Shown in pieces: positions 1 through 8,899 of a DNA stretch of 22,945 nt. This DNA comes from a virus, in the IMG/VR virus record IMGVR_UViG_3300031578_000354; one strand, written 5' to 3'. The translations under genes and the position numbers were made by a program. The notes under the pieces were generated by a model. It was given only the letters and a program-made list of their open reading frames with translations, was not told the DNA's origin and made no database searches. Positions within the stretch are counted from its first letter, which is position 1. Each line of letters opens with the position of its first letter.

Positions 1-725
1 CTTGGAAAAGATCGTTCTACTAATTTTACCTTCTTTTCCTTTATTCTGTTTGCCCATTCTGATGGAAAGGACTCGGTATTATAACTGCTCTCGTCAAGAT
101 TGAAGATATCACCCACATCTATATCTTTTCTTCTTCCGCCAATAGACATACGCAATTTAAGTTCTGGATAGTATTCTTTAACATGGCCGATAACTCCAAA
201 AAATCTGTCATCTTTTTCATCATTATCATCAGTGCCAGAGAAAAATGCTCCCATGCCACCGTGACTATGTATTTCAAATACCAGTAATTTGCCCTTCTCA
301 TAATCTGTGTCACGGCGATAGTTAACGGAACCTGGACCAACAGTCTGTTGTGGACAATGAACAATATATTCTTCTTTCTCCATATCATAAAAGTATTGAA
401 GAAAAACTTCGCTTGAATGCTTACTGTATATTTGTCTAAAGAAAGAGAGAGTTATATCCAGTAAAGTCGCTGGAATCTTTGGAACATTTAATGACCAACC
501 CTCTTCTAAGGTTTGCTTCAAACCAGGCACCGCAAACTTATGTATATGATTTACGAATATACCCAAAGGAAGTTTACGGACTTCCCATATGCCATTTCCT
601 TGCCACACATACGAAACTCTTTTCTTACAATCTTCTGGTATGTCTTCAATAAAATGCCCTACGAGCAATTTTTGAATCATCTGCTTTTTTACAACATCCA
701 TTGGCTTACTTGGTTTATTAGACAT
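1..725 (-). CDS. JAB/MPN (JAMM) metalloprotease-domain protein, partial (C-terminus beyond window start)
   Basis: Hand translation of the minus strand from ATG at 725..723 gives an open frame to position 1 (MSNKPSKPMDVVKKQ...EIHSHGGMGAFFSGTDDNDE...) with no stops. It contains the JAMM motif HxH-x7-S-x2-D (HSHGGMGAFFSGTD) with an upstream conserved Glu. This frame is absent from the ORF track because it runs off the window. It overlaps the upstream gene's stop by 8 nt. Confidence 0.6.
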   Translation of the reverse strand, partial: MSNKPSKPMDVVKKQMIQKLLVGHFIEDIPEDCKKRVSYVWQGNGIWEVRKLPLGIFVNHIHKFAVPGLKQTLEEGWSLNVPKIPATLLDITLSFFRQIYSKHSSEVFLQYFYDMEKEEYIVHCPQQTVGPGSVNYRRDTDYEKGKLLVFEIHSHGGMGAFFSGTDDNDEKDDRFFGVIGHVKEYYPELKLRMSIGGRRKDIDVGDIFNLDESSYNTESFPSEWANRIKEKKVKLVERSFP

Positions 726-1413
726 TTGGATCCCTCATTGCGCTGCTAAGTTGAATGTTCATATCATACAACATCTCTAACGGAAAAGTCTCTTTTCCAT
801 TTAAATATACCAGGGCCGACCAAAAGTCTTTTACAGTATCGTTGCCCTTGGGTGAACGAATAGTACGACCGTCATATAAGTCTCCATTGAAAGGAGCATC
901 ATAAAACGTAGCAATTACACTTATCAATGACATTGGGCTGCTTATGGATGGCATCTTATTAGAGCCCCAACATATTCCTGCGTGGTGGTAAGTATTTCCA
1001 AATGGAAAACGACAAACAGAATCTGTTTCTTTATGTAGTGCTCCCTTCAAACCATATACTTTAGATGCTATTATTTTACAACCCTTCACATTAAAAATAA
1101 ATAAGCAAGAAGGAAATGGCACGCTAAGTTCCTTTGGCATCTTGCCAGACATACTATAACTGGTCTGTAAAAATCGACGCACCCTGCCTGGACTTTCAAT
1201 GCCAATCATATAATCTGATGTAGTACCAGAAAAGAATCTGGTGTTGTTTGGTAGAAGCCCAGTAGAAAAAACGAAAGAAGATGTTAGACTGGAAATCAAG
1301 TTATCCATAATAACGGTTTTATGACTCGCTATGCCTTTGTCATTAGTCATGGTAACATGAGCTTCAGATGATCCCGCTGGGATCCTAATGACTAAATCAC
1401 CCTTGTTACTCAT
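718..1413 (-). CDS. hypothetical protein (231 aa)
   Basis: Long minus-strand ORF in the array. AAGGAG sits 6 nt upstream of the ATG at 1413. No recognisable motif. Confidence 0.5.
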   Translation of the reverse strand: MSNKGDLVIRIPAGSSEAHVTMTNDKGIASHKTVIMDNLISSLTSSFVFSTGLLPNNTRFFSGTTSDYMIGIESPGRVRRFLQTSYSMSGKMPKELSVPFPSCLFIFNVKGCKIIASKVYGLKGALHKETDSVCRFPFGNTYHHAGICWGSNKMPSISSPMSLISVIATFYDAPFNGDLYDGRTIRSPKGNDTVKDFWSALVYLNGKETFPLEMLYDMNIQLSSAMRDPNV

Positions 1414-2312
1414 TGCTGTCTCCTTCTATCTAATAAACTCTGTAGTGCCCTGTTGAAAGACTCCTGAGTATTTCTAGGACCAGTTTGTGCTGATTGTGCT
1501 ACAGCCTCTGCCAGCACACGAGATGACTCTTCATTTCTGGTGTTTTGTACTTGTTGTTCTGTAACACGAGGAGCAGGATCAATATATGTTGTGATAATAT
1601 CAGGATAAGTATTTACTGACACACTCGGTCGGGGCACAGCCCTGATCTTTTTCTTTTGTTCGGCAAGTACTTCTGCTTCTAATTTATGTTGATCTGCAAC
1701 TTTTAGAATAAGATTAGAATATTTATCCCAATGTTCTTTGTACTCAAGACATGCCTTGGCACATTGATAAAAACTCTCGGCGGGCTTCCAAACATAGTCG
1801 CCAAAATTATTGCCCGAATCTAAGGCCGCACGACGTACATCTCGATACTGCCTTCTTTGATCTGGCGAAAAATGTATCTTTATGCTATATGGAACCCTTG
1901 GAAACACAAACCCACCAACCTGTCCAGATATAAGTCTATAACCAGTAACAGCTTCTATATATTCTGGGTTTGTAGAACTCTCCATAGAACGATAGTTAAT
2001 ATTTATATAAGAGAGAGCGCTCCGCATATCTGGCGGAAATTCAACAAAATAATTGCTGAAATTACTTTTTACACTATATTGGGTTGGGAATATATGTGAA
2101 ACCAATGCTCGAAGCAATCTTCTACACGAGCTTCGGGAATTTTTATCATCATTGTCTTCATTGGTAGATTTGTACTCAATAGGCATTTTTCGTTTCCTAT
2201 TGAACAGGTTGAGATCCTTACAAAGTTTAAACAAACGAAGGAAATCAAGTTGCCTATATTGTGATGTAGTAACCGTCACATATTTTGAAGAACTATTTTT
2301 CTCTTCTGACAT
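1410..2312 (-). CDS. hypothetical protein (300 aa)
   Basis: Long minus-strand ORF with a 4-nt overlap onto the downstream gene. No recognisable motif. Confidence 0.5.
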   Translation of the reverse strand: MSEEKNSSSKYVTVTTSQYRQLDFLRLFKLCKDLNLFNRKRKMPIEYKSTNEDNDDKNSRSSCRRLLRALVSHIFPTQYSVKSNFSNYFVEFPPDMRSALSYININYRSMESSTNPEYIEAVTGYRLISGQVGGFVFPRVPYSIKIHFSPDQRRQYRDVRRAALDSGNNFGDYVWKPAESFYQCAKACLEYKEHWDKYSNLILKVADQHKLEAEVLAEQKKKIRAVPRPSVSVNTYPDIITTYIDPAPRVTEQQVQNTRNEESSRVLAEAVAQSAQTGPRNTQESFNRALQSLLDRRRQQ

Positions 2313-2322
2313 TTAACCATTC

Positions 2323-2577
2323 CTATATGAAAATAAAATCACTTGTTTTTTGTGGTTCTAACTCTTGGAGTGTTCGCCTCAGTGTATCCGTTTCTGGACA
2401 TCTCCTATTAAAACGATCTAACTCCGCCTCTAATCTGTCCAACTCTTCATCTGAAGCAAATTCGCTGTCGAATTTCATCGGAGAAGTAATTGACATTATT
2501 TTATCTAAAAGCTTGCTACATTCCACATCAAATGGATCGATGTCGTCACAAGCCTCAAAGATTTTATTGATATTCAT
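2323..2577 (-). CDS. small acidic hypothetical protein (84 aa)
   Basis: ORF with GGAG 6 nt upstream of the ATG. It lies immediately downstream of the terminator at 2591..2632. Confidence 0.45.
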   Translation of the reverse strand: MNINKIFEACDDIDPFDVECSKLLDKIMSITSPMKFDSEFASDEELDRLEAELDRFNRRCPETDTLRRTLQELEPQKTSDFIFI

Positions 2578-2590
2578 AATTTCTCCAGTT

Positions 2591-2632
2591 AGAAAAATAA
2601 AGGCCCGCCTGGAAGAACTCCAGGCGGGCCTT
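2591..2632 (-). terminator. rho-independent terminator (minus strand)
   Basis: Perfect 13-bp GC-rich inverted repeat aaggcccgcctgg / ccaggcgggcctt (2600..2612 and 2620..2632) with a 7-nt loop. On the minus strand it is followed by TTTATTTTTCT. It sits 17 nt after the stop of gene 2649..2831. Confidence 0.8.
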
Positions 2633-2648
2633 GCTGGTAAGCTAAGAA

Positions 2649-2831
2649 CTAGCCCTTGGAACCAGCGCGGACGTGGTACTCCACGGTACCATCTACGGCA
2701 GTCAGAATCTCGGCATTAGCGAGCGCCGGATGAACCTCCATCCAAGCCTCACGAACCTCTTCAGCACTCAGGTCGCTAGGAGCCTCAATCTCATCATCGC
2801 CAAAACGGTACTTCTTCATAGTATCGGACAT
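2649..2831 (-). CDS. small hypothetical protein (60 aa; the track ORF extends to 2888 but the internal ATG carries the RBS)
   Basis: GGGAGG lies 7 nt upstream of the ATG at 2831 (MSDTMKKYRFGDDE...). A terminator follows directly downstream. Confidence 0.5.
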   Translation of the reverse strand: MSDTMKKYRFGDDEIEAPSDLSAEEVREAWMEVHPALANAEILTAVDGTVEYHVRAGSKG

Positions 2832-2861
2832 TGTATACCTCCCTAGGGTTTTGTTAGTCCA

Positions 2862-2886
2862 GCTTTTAGTACATTTGTACAAAAGC
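2862..2886 (-). promoter_or_regulatory. imperfect 25-nt palindrome (candidate operator) in the promoter/5'-UTR of gene 2649..2831
   Basis: gcttttagtacatttgtacaaaagc is near-self-complementary (core tttgtacaaa is a perfect palindrome). It lies 31-55 nt upstream of the start codon in a 164-nt AT-rich gap. A TTGAAA-N16-TATAGG sigma70-like pair is also present upstream on the minus strand. Confidence 0.3.
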
Positions 2887-2995
2887 AATAAAATAAGCTT
2901 CCTACTTAATATAAATTTATTACTATATTTTGTTCAGAAAAATCCTTCCTCCTATACTTTTTTCGTTAATGGTTTCAAGTATTTACCCACACCAC

Positions 2996-3331
2996 TTACT
3001 TGCCACCGCGGTCGCGGCCAGGCGATTGAGAGGTGCCTTCTCTCCTTCTAACAGTGTCCCATGTGAGCCACTGCCCAGTAGCTTCATCTATAATAACTAA
3101 AGCTTGATCTTCATTTATACGTCTAATAGGCATACCTTCATACTTTCCAGAAGCTGCCTTTCCAGCACCAGCATACTTTTGATTGTATCTTTTGAGACTC
3201 TCCACCAACATATGATCTCTATGTACTTCTAATACCTTACATCTCATTACCTGGCGCTCTTGTCCGAATTGAGATACATTCCTGATAGCGAAGATTGTAT
3301 AAACATGATCGCTCTTATTTACTTCCGACAC
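2996..3331 (-). CDS. hypothetical protein (111 aa), GTG start
   Basis: The start codon is GTG, preceded by AAGGAGG at 6-nt spacing. No recognisable motif. Confidence 0.5.
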   Translation of the reverse strand: MSEVNKSDHVYTIFAIRNVSQFGQERQVMRCKVLEVHRDHMLVESLKRYNQKYAGAGKAASGKYEGMPIRRINEDQALVIIDEATGQWLTWDTVRRREGTSQSPGRDRGGK

Positions 3332-3620
3332 TTTCTTCCTCCTTATCAGAGAGCGCTCTTAGAATCTTAATTAACTTCTGGCTCTCTTCACTATTTATAT
3401 TTGTTTCTATCGCTGTCAACAAAGATTTCTCTATTACTAATGTCTGATCATGAGTAAGCATTTCAAGTTCAACCATATATCGCAGAATCTTTTTGGATGC
3501 ATGTACAAAACCCAAACAAATATCCATATATGGAACCTTCTTAGCTTGTAAACAAGCGCTCAAAAAAGTTGCTACAAAAGAATCTGACATCTTAGAAATG
3601 TTATGTTCATCTAATCTCAT
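3315..3620 (-). CDS. hypothetical protein (101 aa)
   Basis: Minus-strand ORF within the overlapping gene array. Confidence 0.45.
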   Translation of the reverse strand: MRLDEHNISKMSDSFVATFLSACLQAKKVPYMDICLGFVHASKKILRYMVELEMLTHDQTLVIEKSLLTAIETNINSEESQKLIKILRALSDKEEESVGSK

Positions 3621-4350
3621 TTTTCGCTATCTCCGATGCCTTATTTATGCTTGACCCGTGTGCAGGAAATCCTACAATAAACTTCCTATCTGTTTGAAGA
3701 CACAGCGGTCCTTTTCTGCCACCACAAGTAGAACAAGTAGTTGCTTTATCAGTAATAACCGCCGGACAAACTACCACCTTGTTTTTATCTGGAGTAGTTA
3801 TGCCCTTTAATGGAGCATCTTTTGGCAAAGTAACGCTAACCGGGCCAATCCCAAGTTTACATAATTCATCAGCATGTGATAAGTTATTAGCACTTAAGTT
3901 AATACAAACTCCATTATCATTACAATACTTTATGACTTCGGCATTCCGCCTGAAACTTGGGGGCTTATGTGTATATCCAAACGCTTTCCAATTCCCCAAT
4001 GATTTAACCAGTCTAATAGTGTCTTTTATATTAATGCTATTATTTATTCCTGGCAAATCTCCGGCTTGGAATAACCGTATTAGCTGGCCAGTTCCTGATT
4101 TCCTAAATGTATCCAGTAGGATAGAAAATGTAATGCCTCGATCTCCCCTGGTTAGCTTATCCCAATGTAGCCGAAGTGGCCCACCATCGGCGTAACATCC
4201 ATTTCTTTTAAACGGACAGGCATCTGGACAAGTATAGAACGAACTGGTTAGTACAGCTATAGGGCCTGTTTTTTCATTTGTTGATTTGTTAACTAAATGA
4301 TAGTATAATTGTTCACTCATTCTTTCTCGTTGATTTATTAGCGAAGACAC
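3607..4350 (-). CDS. Cys-rich hypothetical protein (247 aa from a GTG start, or about 237 aa from the ATG at 4320)
   Basis: Long ORF with Cys clusters (TCPDACPF...NGCYA near the N-terminus; CPAV...CSTCGG...C near the C-terminus), suggestive of metal binding. The start is ambiguous: a GTG at 4350 has GGAG upstream, and an internal ATG at 4320 is also plausible. Confidence 0.5.
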   Translation of the reverse strand: MSSLINQRERMSEQLYYHLVNKSTNEKTGPIAVLTSSFYTCPDACPFKRNGCYADGGPLRLHWDKLTRGDRGITFSILLDTFRKSGTGQLIRLFQAGDLPGINNSINIKDTIRLVKSLGNWKAFGYTHKPPSFRRNAEVIKYCNDNGVCINLSANNLSHADELCKLGIGPVSVTLPKDAPLKGITTPDKNKVVVCPAVITDKATTCSTCGGRKGPLCLQTDRKFIVGFPAHGSSINKASEIAKNEIR

Positions 4351-4513
4351 CTACGATAACTCCGAAAAGTGTCCACAAAAAACAAAGGCCAAGTAATTGT
4401 GTTATGACAGGAGAAGCAACGAAAAATGAAATCAGTGCGGTCATACCAAACAACCCAGCCAATATAATCCAAATCTTAAAAAATAAAAGATTCAACCTTT
4501 TCATATTCTTCAT
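4313..4513 (-). CDS. small membrane protein (66 aa)
   Basis: Two hydrophobic helices (IWIILAGLFGMTALISFFVA; LLGLCFLWTLFGVIVGVFA). Confidence 0.4.
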   Translation of the reverse strand: MKNMKRLNLLFFKIWIILAGLFGMTALISFFVASPVITQLLGLCFLWTLFGVIVGVFANKSTRKNE

Positions 4514-4799
4514 CGATCAACCCCTCTAAAGATACCTCATCTATGCCAACTGGTGTAATGTCCAAACTATTAAGCTTGTCGACAATACGTTCGATATCAT
4601 CTAATATATCTACAATTTTTGTAAGCATCATTACATCTTTAGTATGCGTCATAAGTCGCATGCATTGGCGGACCTGCTTAATTCGTTTAGCCAAATGCCG
4701 TTCAACATGATCAATGCGCGTTCGCGCTTCTCCAAGTGTCCGTTCAAAGGCACCCAGTTGAAGCTCAAGACGCTCGATTACTTTACTTACATCTACCAT
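4476..4799 (-). CDS. hypothetical coiled-coil protein (107 aa)
   Basis: AAGGAG RBS upstream of the ATG at 4799. The sequence has heptad-like charged and hydrophobic periodicity. Confidence 0.5.
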   Translation of the reverse strand: MVDVSKVIERLELQLGAFERTLGEARTRIDHVERHLAKRIKQVRQCMRLMTHTKDVMMLTKIVDILDDIERIVDKLNSLDITPVGIDEVSLEGLIDEEYEKVESFIF

Positions 4800-4809
4800 T
4801 TCTTTCTCC

Positions 4810-5070
4810 TTACCTCATTCTGTTCAAATAGCTCTGTGGCACAACCGGCTCAGGAACTACAAATTGTTTCCTCTCCCAAATAGTCCTCCCACACTTCTTA
4901 TTCCTACACTTCCAAGAGGTTCCACCCATAACATCTGAAGCCCCACGAGCGCACATTTCATTACCACAATGGGGACATCGCTTGCTGTTAGGACTCATCT
5001 TACGCTCCTTCTTCTTATGTCGTTTATCATATTCACGACGGGGTTTATCTTGTTTCTTTCTATTATCCAT
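4810..5070 (-). CDS. basic zinc-ribbon protein (86 aa)
   Basis: The internal ATG at 5070 is preceded by AAGGAG at 7 nt; the track's 5091 start is a GTG without an RBS. The protein has a Lys/Arg-rich N-terminus followed by CPHCG...C...KC-x4-C, a Zn-ribbon pattern that suggests a likely nucleic-acid-binding protein. Confidence 0.5.
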   Translation of the reverse strand: MDNRKKQDKPRREYDKRHKKKERKMSPNSKRCPHCGNEMCARGASDVMGGTSWKCRNKKCGRTIWERKQFVVPEPVVPQSYLNRMR

Positions 5071-5183
5071 TTTTGCGCTCCTTTTTCGCACGACAACGAT
5101 CTCGCCGCTTTGAGAGCGACGAAGCGCCGATTTCGATTTTTACGCGCACGAAATCCCACGGCGCGGCCATATACATTAACATA

Positions 5184-7538
5184 TTACTTTACCTTACAAG
5201 CTTCTTTATTCATCAACTGTTCTCCAGTTCCTGGATTTATATCCCCAGGTTCCATAGGCTTGGCTTCATCCAACAGCAACAAAACCAATGCCTCCTCCAG
5301 TGTTGATACTGTAGTAAACATCATATCTTCTGCTACATCAACAGGAATCTCTTCTACGTCATGTTTATTCTTCTCTGGGAAAATAACCTGTCTGATTCCA
5401 GCCCTGTGCGCAGCAAGGATCTTTTCCTTAAGTCCACCAATCGGAAGTACGCGTCCTCGTAGAGTAATCTCTCCAGTCATGGCAATGTCATTCCGAACAG
5501 GCTTGTTTGTAAAAGCAGACAGCATAGATGCTGCGATTGCTATACCAGCACTCGGTCCTTCTTTTGGAACAGCTCCAGAAGGAAAGTGAATGTGAACATC
5601 ATGTTGCTTTAATACGTCAGCAGAAACGTTTAGTCTGTCCGCGTTGGCACAGATCCAAGTATGTGCGGCTTCAGCAGATTCTTGAATAACCTTACCTAAA
5701 TTACCAGTAAGCTTGATCTTTCCCTTTCCTGGTGTAAGAGAAGTTTCAATAAACAATAGACTACCACCATATCTGCTCCAGGCCAGACCAGCACTCAACC
5801 CAATCTCGGGCTTGTCCATAGCCCTCTCCGCAAAACTCTTCGGCGGGCCAAGATATGTTGGGATCATATCCTCTTCAATTATTTTAGGAGGCTCATTCTC
5901 GGAAGCAACCATCACAGCCATCTTCCTCATAACCGTTCCGCATTCTCGCTCAAGAGATCGAACCCCAGCCTCACTTGTATACTCCTCAACAATTCTTGTA
6001 ATGGCCAGTGCAGACAATGTAATGTCCTTATCAGCAACACCATTCTCTTCTTTCTGCTTTGGCACCAAGTGATTTTGAGCTATCTTAACCTTATCAGAAG
6101 GAGAATACCCAGGGATCTCAATAATTTCCAACCTATCTCTAAGAGCAGGAGCAATTGGCGCAGTCTCATTTACTGTACCAATAAAAAGAACCTGAGATAA
6201 ATCAAATGGCACACTCAGATAATGATCAACAAACGCATGGTTTTGTTCAGGATCCAGCACTTCCAGAAGTGCCGATGAAGGATCACCACGGAAATTGGAA
6301 CACAACTTGTCTACCTCATCAAGCATAAAGACTGGGTTCTTAGATCCAACCTTCTTGATGTTATCCATAATACGGCCAGGAATAGCACCCACATAAGTCC
6401 GTCTATGTCCACGAATTTCTGCCTCATCATTCACACCACCAAGAGACATACGGATAAATTCTCTTCCCATTGCCCTGGCAATACTTTTCCCAAGAGAAGT
6501 TTTCCCCACACCCGGAGGACCAGAAAGACAAAGAATAGATCCTTTGCGCTCAGGCTTTAGTTTTCTAACAGCAAGAAACTCCAAGATCCTTTCTTTTACC
6601 TTTTCCAATCCATAATGATCTTCGTTAAGAACTACTTTAGCATCCTCGATATCTATCTTATCTTGAGTTGTCTTATCCCATGGCAAAGATGCCAGGTTGT
6701 CAAGATAATTATAAGTAACCTGAAACTCAGAGTTACTGGGTGACATCATAGAAAGCCTACGGAGTTCTCCCTTTATAGTTTTCATTACGGCGGGTGGCAT
6801 ACCACACTTCTCAATACGCTGGCTCAGCTGTTTTACCTCACCAGCTATACCATGCGAAGAATCATTGGAAGGATCTTCACTCATGCCAGCATCCGCATTA
6901 ACATCTGCTTCTATATTGTTAGCAATTTCAGCCAGTTCTTTTACCACACATTTCAAACGATCCTTGGGATTGAACATTCCCAAAATCGTTACCCTTTTCT
7001 TGCCACTAATGGGTAGTTGACCAGCAATACCATCAACGAACTTGGACAGTTCTGCTGATGTTGTTAGTTCTGTATCGTTCTCTATAGCAATAAACTGAAC
7101 TTGATCTTTGATAAAATCTTTTGCCTGCCGAATGTCGTTTTTTACATCATCATCAATCTCAATTTCCGGCTCAACTACGGGTTCCATCTCTCCCCAATAA
7201 GATCCATCATCCTCCCCAACTACTTTTAAAATGCCACGTTTCTTGCCCACAATAATAATACGAAGTTTGGCTCCTTCTTTATCCAGTGGAAGTACGTTCT
7301 TAATCTCTGCTTCAGTACAACAACCGTAAAAATTCCCGGCCACAGGCTTGTCGACGAGAGGATCACTCTGCATACCAACAATCAAATTAGATCCATCTTC
7401 TTTTGCTTTATTTATTGCCTTGACCGAAAAGGGCCTGCCCACATCTACTTCACAAAGCAAATCTGGAAAAACCACAAGTTCAGGATCACGAAGTGGAAGT
7501 AAAGGCAGTTTAATAAGGTCTGTATTTTCTTTAGTCAT
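5184..7538 (-). CDS. lon: ATP-dependent Lon protease (LonA type; N-domain + AAA+ + S16 protease)
   Basis: 784 aa. The N-terminal LON domain reads LPLLPLRDPELVVFPD. Walker A is GPPGVGKTS and Walker B is FMLDEVDK. The protease-domain catalytic motif is PKEGPSAGIAIA, with a downstream Lys (GGLKEK). The start overlaps the upstream stop in a TAATG arrangement. Confidence 0.95.
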   Translation of the reverse strand: MTKENTDLIKLPLLPLRDPELVVFPDLLCEVDVGRPFSVKAINKAKEDGSNLIVGMQSDPLVDKPVAGNFYGCCTEAEIKNVLPLDKEGAKLRIIIVGKKRGILKVVGEDDGSYWGEMEPVVEPEIEIDDDVKNDIRQAKDFIKDQVQFIAIENDTELTTSAELSKFVDGIAGQLPISGKKRVTILGMFNPKDRLKCVVKELAEIANNIEADVNADAGMSEDPSNDSSHGIAGEVKQLSQRIEKCGMPPAVMKTIKGELRRLSMMSPSNSEFQVTYNYLDNLASLPWDKTTQDKIDIEDAKVVLNEDHYGLEKVKERILEFLAVRKLKPERKGSILCLSGPPGVGKTSLGKSIARAMGREFIRMSLGGVNDEAEIRGHRRTYVGAIPGRIMDNIKKVGSKNPVFMLDEVDKLCSNFRGDPSSALLEVLDPEQNHAFVDHYLSVPFDLSQVLFIGTVNETAPIAPALRDRLEIIEIPGYSPSDKVKIAQNHLVPKQKEENGVADKDITLSALAITRIVEEYTSEAGVRSLERECGTVMRKMAVMVASENEPPKIIEEDMIPTYLGPPKSFAERAMDKPEIGLSAGLAWSRYGGSLLFIETSLTPGKGKIKLTGNLGKVIQESAEAAHTWICANADRLNVSADVLKQHDVHIHFPSGAVPKEGPSAGIAIAASMLSAFTNKPVRNDIAMTGEITLRGRVLPIGGLKEKILAAHRAGIRQVIFPEKNKHDVEEIPVDVAEDMMFTTVSTLEEALVLLLLDEAKPMEPGDINPGTGEQLMNKEACKVK

Positions 7539-8899
7539 TAGGATTCGTCCTCCTCATCAAAATCGTTGGTTGAAGAAATCTCACGCATGTTTTTAATGTG
7601 TGCCTCAATGTCATCCATTCCAAGTACGGAAACCCAAAGAATGACTTCTCTTAAATAGGCACCAGTCATACCGTCTGCTAATTTAGATAATTTAATGAAA
7701 TCTTCCTCAGATAATATAAGACCCATCTGTTCAGCGTGAGCCTTAAGTATGCGACCACACATATCTTTTCCAGCGTGAGCCTTAAATTCTATAGCGTGGT
7801 CAAATCTTCCTGGCCTTCTAAGGGGCCTTGGCACCTTAGATATGTCATTAACTGTAGCAATAAAAAGTCTTTTTCTTGTTGAAGATTCTCTATTTAAACG
7901 CTCTAAGTCACTTAATAGAGTTTCCATATCATGAATACGATCAAGATCGTCAAACAAGATAATGGAAGGATCTACAACACTTATGGTATTAAAAATAGAT
8001 CCGGTAGATTTATTTGCTAATGCCCAGCCATTTAAAATTAAGATCTTGCCACCAAGAGATTCGGTTAATCGTAGGGCTAATGTTGTTTTCCCGGATCCCG
8101 GATCTCCATAGAATAAAAGAGATCTGTTGTGGCCCTTTTCAAAAAATTTGTTAATACTTTCAACAAGTTTCTCTTCATCAAATGGGCTTACATAGGCGTC
8201 TGCGTGTGGAGTGATAGAGTCTAAACATAGATTTCTACCCCACCCACCATCATCTCTATTACTATCAAGCAGTATATATCTACCAAACTTCTTTTCAATA
8301 GCAGCTGAAGTAGAATCAAAGAACTCTTCTTTGGTTTTAGAATATGGGCCATCAATATACTCTTGTGATATATGATCTATAAAATATATTTTTATTCCTT
8401 CTATTTGATATTCTTCTATATTTGTAGAATCTTCACCTTCTCCTTGCCAATATATTTCCATAGGAATATTCATGTATTTATACGTGTCTCGCACAAATTG
8501 TCCTATGTTATTACATACTAAACTACATCCCATGTCTCTAAGGATATTAGAAGCCTCAATCTTCGCACCACCAACGATATTATCAGATATAACACCATAG
8601 GCCGATAACAATCCAAGTCCAATAGATATTGGATTCTTTTCTCGCATCTGATAGTATATGCCAAGACCTTCCTTAGCAACCTTAGTTACCTTCTTAATCC
8701 CATCGTTTAACTTTTGTTTTCTCACCCTTCTTCTTCTGGCCAATTCCTCTTCTGTTTCAAACTCAGAAGAGATAGGGCCGTCTAACAACCTATCGAACCA
8801 ACTTACCTTTTCCTTTTTTGGTTCAGATGACTCTGGTATATAACCCGTATTAAATTTCCATCTTCCGTGGGGCTTGGGTTTGTTTGCTTTATCATTCAT
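7538..8899 (-). CDS. classic-clade AAA ATPase with an uncharacterised ~230-aa N-terminal domain
   Basis: 453 aa. Walker A is GDPGSGKTT and Walker B is IILFDDLDR. The second region of homology is RPGRFDHAIEF. A GAGG RBS precedes the start. The gene sits between the RNA ligase and Lon. Confidence 0.85.
   Translation of the reverse strand: MNDKANKPKPHGRWKFNTGYIPESSEPKKEKVSWFDRLLDGPISSEFETEEELARRRRVRKQKLNDGIKKVTKVAKEGLGIYYQMREKNPISIGLGLLSAYGVISDNIVGGAKIEASNILRDMGCSLVCNNIGQFVRDTYKYMNIPMEIYWQGEGEDSTNIEEYQIEGIKIYFIDHISQEYIDGPYSKTKEEFFDSTSAAIEKKFGRYILLDSNRDDGGWGRNLCLDSITPHADAYVSPFDEEKLVESINKFFEKGHNRSLLFYGDPGSGKTTLALRLTESLGGKILILNGWALANKSTGSIFNTISVVDPSIILFDDLDRIHDMETLLSDLERLNRESSTRKRLFIATVNDISKVPRPLRRPGRFDHAIEFKAHAGKDMCGRILKAHAEQMGLILSEEDFIKLSKLADGMTGAYLREVILWVSVLGMDDIEAHIKNMREISSTNDFDEEDES

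Noticed and set aside
119-388. 89-aa minus-strand ORF
   Set aside because: It is in a different frame from, and wholly inside, the JAB/MPN reading frame, which is open from 725 to the window edge and carries a canonical JAMM motif.
513-749. 78-aa plus-strand ORF
   Set aside because: Antisense to the JAB-domain frame found by hand translation, and has no RBS.
3779-4195. 138-aa plus-strand ORF
   Set aside because: Antisense to the 3607..4350 Cys-rich protein gene. All well-supported genes in the window are on the minus strand.
3607-4350. Idea that this Cys-rich protein might be the missing end-healing enzyme (Pnkp kinase or phosphatase)
   Set aside because: It has no P-loop (GxxxxGK[ST]), no DxDxT HAD motif and no metallophosphoesterase motif. 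Only Cys clusters are present, so the function is left unassigned.
4969-5589. 206-aa plus-strand ORF spanning the Zn-ribbon gene, the intergenic gap and the Lon 3' end
   Set aside because: It crosses two minus-strand genes and a structured spacer, has no RBS, and its Ser/Thr-rich low-complexity translation is typical of antisense frames.
5713-6072. 119-aa plus-strand ORF
   Set aside because: Antisense to the Lon protease-domain coding region.
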